Assembly: GCA_030141605.1 (NCBI GenBank)
Contig: JAQGDQ010001048.1
Span: 1 to 64,000 of the forward strand
Direction of reading: 5' to 3'
DNA length: 64,000 bases
DNA from: Tubiluchus corallicola
Lineage: Eukaryota > Animalia > Priapulida
Shown: positions 53,530-64,000 of the stretch, one piece after another
Numbering within the stretch: the stretch's first letter is position 1
How the letters are laid out: each line of letters begins with the position of its first letter
Position numbers and translations under genes: made by a program
Notes under the pieces: generated by a model
Database searches by the model: none
The model's input: only the letters and a program-made list of their open reading frames with translations
Told to the model about the DNA's origin: nothing

Positions 53530-53617
53530 CACTGAAACGGTTTCTTTCATTTGTTTTGCTTTATGGCATTGATTTGGTGTGTGTTTACTTTAAAGGAAAG
53601 ATCAAGCCTTCTAGGAA

Positions 53618-53840
53618 GTTACTACTGCTGTTACTACTGCTGTTACTGCTATTACTGCTGCTACTGCTGTTGCTGCTGTTATTGCTGTTGCTACTGCTGC
53701 TACTGCTGCTGCTGTTGCTGTTACTGCTACTGCTGTTGCTGCTGTTACTGCTACTGCTGCTTCTGCTGCTTCTGCTGCTGTTGCTGTTGCTGCTGCTGCT
53801 GCTGCTGCTGTTGCTGTTGCTGCTGTTGCTGTTACTGCTA

Positions 53841-53932
<92 letters not shown>

Positions 53933-54170
53933 ACTGCGGCTGCTACTGTTGCTGCTGCTGCTACTGTTGCTACTGCTGCTGCTGTTGCTGCTCTTACTGC
54001 TACTGCTATTGCTTTTACTGCTACTGCTGCTTCTGCTGCTGTTGCTGTTACTGCTACTGCTGCTGCTGTTGCTGCTACTGTTGCTACTGCTGCTGCTGTT
54101 GCTGCTCTTACTGCTACTGCTATTGCTTTTGCTGCTGCTGCTGCTGTTACTGCTACTGCTACTGCTACTG

Positions 54171-54225
<55 letters not shown>

Positions 54226-54278
54226 TACTGTTAGTGCTGCTGCTGCTGTTACTGCGGCTGCTGCTCCTGTTCCTGCTG
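53618..54278. repeat. (CTG/TTG/CTA)n microsatellite
   Basis: Direct reading. Confidence 0.97.
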
Positions 54279-54584
54279 TATTTTCGATTCTCCAATTACG
54301 ACAAATGTTGAACTAACCTATTCGATTGAGCAAGATAATAAATCTTCTTAAGTAAACCGTATCAACGTGAAGAGACTATTATGTTCAGAGCTTAGACAGC
54401 ATAGCAGTACGCACGTCCCATCTCATGTTTAGTAATTGCCTTAACGCATATAGACAAGCTCTCTGTAATTATACGGATGTGGAGTCCAATCATGTCAATT
54501 GATTTTGTCAGATGAATTAATTCAATAACAAACAGTGAACAGGCAGTGAAAGTTTGTCTGTTATCAGCTAATATAAACTGTCTT

Positions 54585-54834
54585 TGTTTCTGTTTCTACA
54601 CATTTGCATATTTAAATTTTCTTCACATGGCGATCGAGTCGAGGTTTTCTAGAGGTCGCAGAGTGTTGCTGTTGTTGATGTTGATGATGATGATGATGAT
54701 GATGATGATGACGTTGTTGTTGCTGCTGCTGCTGTTTCTGTTTCTATTTCTACACATTTGCATATTTAAATTTTCTTCACGTGGCGATCGAGGTTTTCTA
54801 GATAGTCGTTGTAACTGCTGCTGAGGTTGCAGAG

Positions 54835-54898
<64 letters not shown>

Positions 54899-55008
54899 GC
54901 TGCTGCTGCTGCTGTTTCTGTTTCTACACATTTGCATATTTAAATTTTCTTCACGTGGCGATCGAGGTTTTCTAGATAGTCGTTGTAACTGCTGCTGAAG
55001 TTGCAGAG

Positions 55009-55039
<31 letters not shown>

Positions 55040-55209
55040 GCTGTTGCTGTTGCTGTTGTTGCTGTTGCTGTTGTTGTTGCTGTTGTTGTTGTTGCTGCTG
55101 CGGTTGCTGTTTCTGTTTCTGTTTCTACACATTTGCATATTTAAATTTTCTTCACGTGGCGAGCGAGGTTTTCTAGATAGTCGTTGTAACTGCTGCTGAG
55201 GTTGCAGAG

Positions 55210-55246
<37 letters not shown>

Positions 55247-55266
55247 GCTGTTGCTGTTGTTGCTGC

Positions 55267-55348
<82 letters not shown>

Positions 55349-55669
55349 GCTGTTGCTGTTGCTGTTGCTGTTGTTGCTGTTGTTGTTGCTGTTGTTGTTG
55401 TTGCTGCTGCGGTTGCTGTTTCTGTTTCTGTTTCTACACATTTGCATATTTAAATTTTCTTCACATGGCGATCGAGTCGAGGTTTTCTAGAGGTCGCAGA
55501 GTGTTGCTGTTGTTGATGTTGATGATGATGATGATGATGATGATGACGTTGTTGTTGCTGCTGCTGCTGTTTCTGTTTCTATTTCTACACATTTGCATAT
55601 TTAAATTTTCTTCACGTGGCGATCGAGGTTTTCTAGATAGTCGTTGTAACTGCTGCTGAGGTTGCAGAG

Positions 55670-55729
<60 letters not shown>
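54585..55729. repeat. Compound repeat: constant roughly 85-bp block alternating with variable (GTT/GCT/GAT)n tracts, 6 units
   Basis: Block TTTCTACACATTTGCATATTTAAATTTTCTTCAC..GGCGATCGAG recurs at about 54592, 54746, 54921, 55122, 55432, 55582. Confidence 0.9.
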
Positions 55730-55730
<1 letters not shown>

Positions 55731-56733
55731 ATGTTATGTTATGTTATGTTATGTTATGTTATGTTGTGTTGTGTTATGTTGTACTGTGCTGTGCTGTGCT
55801 GTGCTATGCTATGCTATGCTATGTTACGTTATGTTATTTTATGTTATGTTATGTTACGTTATGTTATGTTATGTTATGTTATGTTACGTTATGTTATGTT
55901 ATGTTATGTTATGTTATGTTATGTTATGTTATGTTATGTTATGTTATGTTATGTTATGTTATGTTATGTTATGTTATGTTATGTTATGTTATGTTATGTT
56001 ATGTTATGTTATGTTATGTTATGTTATGTTATGTTATGTTATGTTATTTTACTTTATGTTATGCTATGTTATTTTACGTTACGTTATGCTAGATTATTTT
56101 AGTTAGTTTAAACTTTATTTATTTATAGTGGATTTACAATGTGTTATTTTACATTACATTACATTACATTACACTACAGTACATTACATTACATTAAATT
56201 ACATTACGTTACACTACATTACATTACATTACATTATATTATTTAGGACAAACGTCAGATAAAGAAATACTAAAAAGTAAAAAAGCACGTAAATAACATA
56301 AAAATGTACATGAACAATTGTTTGTTCATCTCTGTCTCGTGGGTTGTAGGTTCGCATACAGGCTTGATTTTTTACTTTTTTCTGACTTTTACTGATTTCT
56401 GACACCGTAATAGCGGTCAAAGTGCTGTGCCTTTATTCTCGTCGTCGCCGTCTTCGTCATCACCATCAACACCATTAGTAGCAGCAGCGACAACAACAAC
56501 AACAACAACAACAATAATAATTACTATAACAGTAATGATAGCAGCAGAAGCAACATCATCATCATCACTAGTAGCAGCAGCGACAGCAATAACAGCCGAC
56601 AGTGATAATTACAGCCTTAACTAGTCTAAAACTGCTGTACTGTTGCTTGGAGAAACATTTTAGGTCGGCCAAGCACAGCGTCGAGCACCAACAATTTAAT
56701 TAGCATCTTATCTACTTTTTTCCAGTGTCCACG

Positions 56734-56830
56734 ATGTCTCCTGGGCAGGTTGCAGTCTTCACAGTGATGCTGGTGGTTCTACTAGGAGATACCTTTTCTT
56801 ACACACTTGACAATGATGAAGATTTGTCAG
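56734..56830 (+). CDS. ALP: Agatoxin-like knottin signal-peptide exon (copy 2, in the inverted arm; remainder expected beyond the window)
   Basis: Exact reverse-complement copy of 49238-49334 with intact acceptor (56724-56725) and donor (56831). Confidence 0.7.
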
Positions 56831-59800
56831 GTAAATCTTACCTAGTTCATTTTTTCTTGTTCCCAGGCAAGATCCTACTTGTAAATCACTCTACAACTAA
56901 TGCATAATGCTTAAAGACTATTTAAAACGACAGAAGTTACTGAACCGGTGCAGCAGGCGGCTTTGCTTTACCCACACCAATACCCATCGGTATTGAGCCT
57001 GCAATAGAGGCGTAATAAAGGATTTATCATCATCATTATTTACCCACATGTCACGTGACGATTGTAGTTTAAGACACTTTGCTGTGTTACACTTAACCTT
57101 TCACCTACAGTAACTGCGCATGCGTTATAGCCAAATTGTGAAATCTGCCAATTTTCTTCTTCTCTGATGTTACAAAACAGGTAATGAAGGGCCCCAGTAA
57201 ACATTGTTTCAAATACAGTTACAGTTTTGGCTTACAGTTTTTGCACCAATTGATTAATGGACGGACGGACTGATTAACTAACTAACCAGTTAAATGACTT
57301 TATTTGAATTTTTAAATTTAGCTTTTTTATCTCACATTCAAAACTAAATGACTGAATAACTGACTGACTGACTAACTGTTTGACTGACTAGCTGACTCAC
57401 TGACTAAGTAACTGACCGATTCATCGATTGATTGAAGATTTAGTTACAGTTTGTGCTCTTGTGTTGAATTTAGTACTTCATATGTTCGTTTATACTGAAA
57501 TTTCTCGTTAATCAAATATGTTTTTTTGCTGAAACCTTTGAAGCCATGTGCAAGAATTGTAGCTAATGCAATGAAGCCATGCAAATGCATTGGCGCTAAC
57601 ACTGTTGTGATGACATAACTCAACTAACTAATTCACTGAGTAGCTGATTTCTTAATTTAGAAAGTCACACTGAGTGACTAATACCAGATGAGATTGGTAT
57701 AAATAGTTCCACTTAATTTTATTGAAGTAGAAGATCATGACTCGAATACGAACTACAGTGTAGAAGTTCTTGCGTGTCTTGTGCAGATTTCTGGGACTTT
57801 TCCTGATTTACTGAACAGTTCTGAGCCATAAATGTGGAAAATCGTTTGGTAAAGTGTCACGATGTGTGTTTACTGACAAAAATTAGGCAACGCCGAGTTC
57901 CGTGACAACTGAGTTGGGTTTCGGTCTTGCCACGTCTATGTTCATTAAGTGAGTCCTGTGTGTTGGATTCCTGCTTGAATAGTACCATTTACAGATGACT
58001 TTACGTTTAACAAATGATATTAAATATCAGGACGTTAATAATATTATTATTAATTATTAATAAATATTGTTAATAAAGAGCGTTTCTTATCCTTTAAAGG
58101 GAGGCAGGATGATTTTTCGTATACTAATTCATTTTCAAGTTCGATAAAAAGTATACCTTTAACTCAAATAATACTGCAAATGTGTTTCTCATAATTAAAT
58201 AATAGTTTAAAAATTTATTAACGGCGGCGAGCCCAACTATTGATAACGTCACAAACTAACATAATTTTCAACATCAAAAATATTCCACGAGCATGTTGCA
58301 CGTGTTTGTGGAAGCGAGAATTGAAGTACAGTGTTACTGTAAGGTATTCAGTGCTGTACTAAAACTAGGCAAGTTTTAAGATAAAAATTCAAATTTCAAA
58401 TTTACTGCTGTGTTCACGCATGAGCTGTCGAATGTATGTAGTTCGTCACAAACTAACATATCTGAACTGAGAGGTGCAATTTTGTGCAATTTGTTTCCGA
58501 AATGCACGCGCTAGTGCCCGTCTAACTAACGAATGGCGAAACATGTAACAGTGAAGAACTAGTGGCGCGAACGTGAAATTATGTTTGTGTGGTAATAATT
58601 CTTTCATGGAAGTCATTTTTGAATAAATGGCATGTTTAATTTCAATATGTTAAAGTGCATATTTGGTAACCGGGGGGGGGGGGTAAAATATTACCCCCAC
58701 CATAATTCGTAAATCACTTTTGTTAAACGTGTTTCATTAGTAAACAGCAACAGCATAATTTGTGGTTATGCTGACCACCATTGTTATTGTCATTGTTATT
58801 TTGAATTTATTGTCTACTACTTTTTCTTTTAGATGGAGTAATTAATGTACAGACATTAATAATGTATAATGTATAATGTATAATGTATAATGTATAATGT
58901 ATAGACAAGCGAAGTTTCGACTATGTTAAAAAATCGACATATTGCATTTTTACTTTTATTTCGTGGTGAGACAATGCGCCTAAAATAAATAAATAAATAA
59001 ATAAGTATTTTGTGCACAAAACATATTTAGAAAAGTCATATAAAAGGTTTACTGGGATGCGTATGGTAAAAGGTAAAATGCAAAAAACCGGTCTGGGGGT
59101 AGTATTTTTGTCAGAATACTGCAAAACTTAAACTAGACATATAAAGTAGAAACGCGCAGTTTTATAGCTCTTTCGGTTCCTTTTAAGAGAGAAGTATACC
59201 GGGTTCAATACCCAGGCTCCTGGTGTTCCTATAAACACACTCCTGTAAATTTGATGGACTGCTAATTACAGAAATGACCGATTGTTGGTTCCAGGAGTCC
59301 TAAAACAGGAAGACATTAAAGCCATTAAAGTATTTTTTTCTAATTTTGTTCAAAGGAGGTACTGTATTGATCAACTTAATTGAAAAGGGGGTGAATTTTT
59401 TGAAGTTCCAGAGAGGTGGTAAATGGGCAACGTAATTTCAAGACTTTTTCTCTCTGTGGGTTGTTTAATAAACATTACAAACGCACTCTCCATACTGCAG
59501 TGCTCGTTGCAAATTGCACAAATTATTAATTATATAAGCATCAGTGATAGTTCCGCACTTCTATTAGTATTCTTGCCCACTCGTTAATTATCCAGTGTGG
59601 ATGAAGCAGCACCTTGTAGGGAAAATGATCAAAAGAAAGTTACTATTGATAAAACTGCATGTGGATTACGGGATGCTGCAAGGATCTATCTTTGGTCCTA
59701 CATTGTTAATACCATCACCGTTATTCATGCATCCTACGCGTGTTATTACTATAGCAACTGTGGGACAATATGAGACTCCAAACTGAACGGTGTCTCAAAA

Positions 59801-60687
59801 TAGGGATTACGGGATGCTGCAAGGATCTATCTTTGGTCCTACATTGTTAATACCATCACCGTTATTCATGCATCCTACGCGTGTTATTACTATAGCAACT
59901 GTGGGACAATATGAGACTCCAAACTGAACGGTGTCTCAAAATAGGGATTACGGGATGCTGCAAGGATCTTTCTTCGGTCCTACATTGTTAATACCATCAC
60001 CCTTATTCATGCATCCTACGCGTGTTATTACTATGGCAACTGTGGGACAATATGAGACTCCAAACTGAACTGTGTCTCAAAATAGGGCCTTGACAGGCGA
60101 CTTTGATATTGATCTGAGCTACTGCAGGAGGTTCGTAAGTGGTTTGGAAGCTATGTAAAACAAAAGATCAACTTTCATTAACCTTTTAATTTCCTGAGCT
60201 AGATTAGTTGTAGTTAAGAGTTATAACCTTCACCCTGCGTCTTGTGATGAGTCATTTAGTTCTCAGGAGGAGGTCATTTCCTTTTAATTAGAGTTGAAGA
60301 TGTGGAGGGAGAAAGAATTTAGATGTTGTTAGAAATGCAGCTCGATGTGTAGAATACAGTGAGGAATGGGGTGAGGGAAAGAGAGACAACACGACAGGGG
60401 AGAAGGAGAAAAAGGGAGAGAAGGGATTTTATTTTATTTATTTATTTAAAATCTTTATTAATAAGACCTCTATTTGCAGGTACAAGATCAGCATAAGTAT
60501 AAATTTTACAAATTTTCTAATAAAATAATAAAATAAGGTGATTCTAGACACAGTGTAAATTACTAATTAAAATTACAAAGATAGAGGAAGAATGAAAAAG
60601 GGAAAGAAATGAGAACAGATCGAGACAGTGTGCAGCGGGAGAGAAGAGACAGGGGAGAGGGAGGAAGAGAAAGAAAGAACGAGAAAT

Positions 60688-60725
<38 letters not shown>

Positions 60726-60746
60726 CTAGGGAGAGAGAGAGGGCCC

Positions 60747-60805
<59 letters not shown>

Positions 60806-63065
60806 AGACAGGGGTTATGGCGGGAGAGTGAGAGAAAGAGAGAGACTGTGAGAGACAGAGTGAGAGAGAGAAATATATCAGCTTCGATATCTTGAAAATT
60901 CTAATTATCGTTATTGGTTCGGTAACTTCGATTTTTTGCATGGTTCGATGACAACTCACACTGATCAAACAGAAACATTATATGGGGTGGCAGTAACGCT
61001 AATGGAAAATTCGCCCATTTTTCTGGATAAAGTTGTTTTGCGTCTGTTTTATTACTTCACTACAGTCACCATGTGGGTCATTCAATGCAGCTACTACATT
61101 AACATCTTCATTCAGAAATATAATTATGTATATTGGACTGCTGTCCGCTTTAACGGAGGCAGGACGGATGGCACCGCAGCCCACACCGTGCGGCATGTCC
61201 CAATTAAGTCCTTCAACACCAAACCCAAAACAAAACCCGAACAATAGAGTCGAAATGACAATTTTATTCTACATATCACACCCCCAATAAGGAACAAACA
61301 GCTTACCTAGAAGAACGGCGTTTGCGGCAAAGCCTGTGAAATGTGAACACAGCTGCAATGAAAGACACGACTACTGACAAGGATCTACAGCAGACTTTCC
61401 CTTTTTATAAGCTCAGGTGTGCACGTGACTAGTGGCTTTTACAAGGTCAGAATACGTGTCTGTGCTAGATAAAGCCACGTTCACACGCACACCTGAGAAG
61501 TCTACTGCATTCCCCTGCCAGCATTACATTTCATTTTGCCACACAGCCCTGTAGTACAATATCTATAAAATAGGTATCACAAAAAAAACGTTGAAGCTAA
61601 AGAAAAATCGGTAGATGACTGTATATTGATCTAACCAATATCTGTGCTAAATGTTGTGTTGACAATGGCAACCATTTTTTCTTCGACCTATAACTGACGT
61701 TGACAGTAATTCTGAAAACTAACCAGTTTTTCTGCACTTCTTATGAAAATTTTAATAGAAATTACCAGTGAAAGGTGTTTCTTTGCAAACAGATTAAGTC
61801 TGGCAGACTTTGCTACAATTTCGACTAAGCAGCTCTTTAAAATGGCGTTTTTACCCAGGATTTTATATAGCAGATCAACGTCATCGGCATAAAGTAAACA
61901 ATTTCAGGAAGCATAAACGCCTGACGTCAACAACGACGTCATTAAATTATTTTAATCCTGATTCGTTGACAGGAATGATGGGTGGGGCTTAACTTTTCTT
62001 TGCCCAAGTCTTTGCATTATGATTCATTAAAGAGAAATCAGGGTTACACATAAAATTACAATAATCTTTGCCAAATAAACGATTGTTTTTAACCCTCAGA
62101 ATGTCATTAATAAGCAATATATTTGGCTAAGGCTTTAGTTTAATCTTAACATAACATTCTAAATCATTCTTTATATAAATCCCGGCGACGAGTGCTAGTT
62201 TGCAGCTGAAACGTTGCATTTTCCTGATAAGAATTTATCAAAATTGAAATGTAATGAAATATTTTTGAAACAGATATTGTTCTTTTTATGAAGAATTAAA
62301 AAAAATTATCGCGTGGTTGCTATGGAAACATAAAATATCACACATCGGCTTGGTAGAATCTAGAATTTAGAATTATTAACATTGTAACTAGTTTTCATTT
62401 TTCTCGGCTTACTCGTGATAATTTTATAAGTTGCGGTCCCGCCGCACCGTTTACGTTAAGGCTGTCTAACTGTTGCGTGATGGACACAAACACTGGATGG
62501 CGGTGAATAAAAAAAATTAAGTACAAAATTAAAAGGAAAGGTCAAGTCATTCAGTCAGCATGATGGGTCTATTTACCGTTATCATTTAAACTTAAAAAAT
62601 GTAACAATGAAATTTACAAAAAAATAATGTTAATTTACACTATCTCTATATAGACGTTTTCAGGCGTGGTGGTAGCTGCCATTTACTTGAAGATTATGAC
62701 GTTACTGGTGAGCATATTGACTGTTCATAAGTGTAAAGATGAAAAATTCTGTAGCTTACGTAATGTTCATGCGAAATATCACAAAATTAGCTATCTATTT
62801 TTTTGTGAAAACTTGTTTTATTTTTGAAGGAAATTGACAGTGAGCTCTGCTTTTGTTCAGTCGATGAATGACGTCATTGGTGGAAGAATTAGCGTTCAAA
62901 ATGGGACAGCATAAGCGTGAAATGATCGCGAATTTAAAGTGATTTTTCTATTTGCACTACTAGATGCAATTATCACACTTTTATTACTAAATCCTTCTAA
63001 CATTTTTCACCAAGTTGAAAAAGTCCAACTTTTCAAATGACTTGGTCTTTCCTTTAACTACCAAG

Positions 63066-63589
63066 TTGGTTGGTTGGCATCCTTCTGTCTCGGAAGACAA
63101 TGGAGTGTGCGCCAAGAGAGTAAGTTATTGATCACAGTGATGGAGCTGCAGCGTCGACTGTGGCTGAGCAGTGCGATCCTTGAACGTCTCCAGGGCGCAC
63201 GCCTGGGCAAGGTGTATGGAGATCCTGAGTTGCCCAGACAACAGGAACCCCCTCTCTTCCTTCCTGGTGTAGTCCAAAGGAAAGTGGAGCGATACGTTGG
63301 CTGCAGGAGCTGCCAGAGTCAGTGAGCAACTCGGGGCTCGACTCCTGATTTGGAAGGTTTCCTCTTCTACACATGGCCGTTGGGTCACTTGACCTCCTCC
63401 GCCCTCTAGCCGTTGGCTGCTTGTGCAGCTCCTCCGCCTAGTGTCGAAATACAGTGTGGGCATCCCGCAAGCCTACAGCACCTGGTATTCCTGGGCGGTC
63501 ACCCATCCAAGTACTAACCAAGCTCTACGTTGCTTAACTTCGGTGATCAGACGAGAACCGGTGTTTTTAACGTGATTTGGCCGTAGTCT
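63066..63589 (-). mobile_element. 5S rRNA-derived SINE (mirror copy)
   Basis: Reverse complement of 42296-42802, 17 nt longer. Perfect 8-bp TSD CTACCAAG at 63058-63065 and 63590-63597. Confidence 0.85.
63469..63588 (-). rRNA. 5S rRNA-like sequence (SINE head, mirror copy)
   Basis: Reverse complement of 42297-42416. Confidence 0.65.
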
Positions 63590-64000
63590 CTACCAAGCAA
63601 CTAAAAAAACAAACGAACATTTCAATCAAATTTCAAAATATTCCAGGTTTAATGATTTCTTTGAACCAACAATAACCGAGTAATAACATCAGAACTGAAA
63701 CTGATCCATCCTTACCGGGAACTTTCCCGCGGGATTTCAGAACAATCAATCAGAGACTTGTCAAGTTCTGATTGAATTTATTTGCGCTGGAGTTGGGAAG
63801 ACTTTCAGGGGCAGGTTGCTAAATGGTTTAACTGACGTGGAATCAATACTGAAAAGTTCAATCTTTTGTGGAGAGTTTCTTACAGGAATTATCTGTTTAA
63901 CGATTACTCTGAGTGGGATGAACTGGTGCCTCATATTTATCCAAGTAATTTATGGCAACACGAGTTCGTTTCTGAGGATTAGATTTCATGTTGATTCGTA

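Larger units (their letters stand above)
55730..64000. repeat. Right arm of large inverted duplication (continues past the window end)
   Basis: Reverse complement of about 41885-50250 with scattered substitutions, small indels and repeat copy-number differences. Confidence 0.97.

Noticed and set aside
54585-55729. Constant blocks separated by variable spacers
   Set aside because: The spacers are simple microsatellites of varying length, not acquired sequences.

Overview
AT-rich, repeat-dense eukaryotic DNA, most likely from an arthropod. It holds two intron-containing genes, both on the minus strand. (1) An Unc-76/FEZ (fasciculation and elongation protein zeta) gene: six coding exons between 26804 and 7328 join in frame at GT-AG sites; I could not find the last exon in the window. 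(2) About 6-8 kb upstream, a complete secreted agatoxin-like (8-Cys knottin) prepropeptide gene, built from exons at 49334-49238, 40122-40068, 39435-39409 and 35392-35188 (127 aa). It is divergent from canonical agatoxin-like peptides and carries a Tyr/Arg/Lys-rich extension. The right third of the window is a large inverted duplication (about 41885-50250 mirrored at about 55730-64000, running off the edge). It places a second, identical signal-peptide exon head-to-head with the first, around a roughly 5 kb satellite-rich spacer that appears to hold a single one-directional promoter/first exon. Also present: a 5S rRNA-headed SINE with an RTE-LINE-like tail and target-site duplications, a MetaSINE-like element, hAT, mariner and other MITEs, LINE remnants, a solo LTR, and many mini- and microsatellites. 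Most long ORFs in the supplied track are repeat artefacts.
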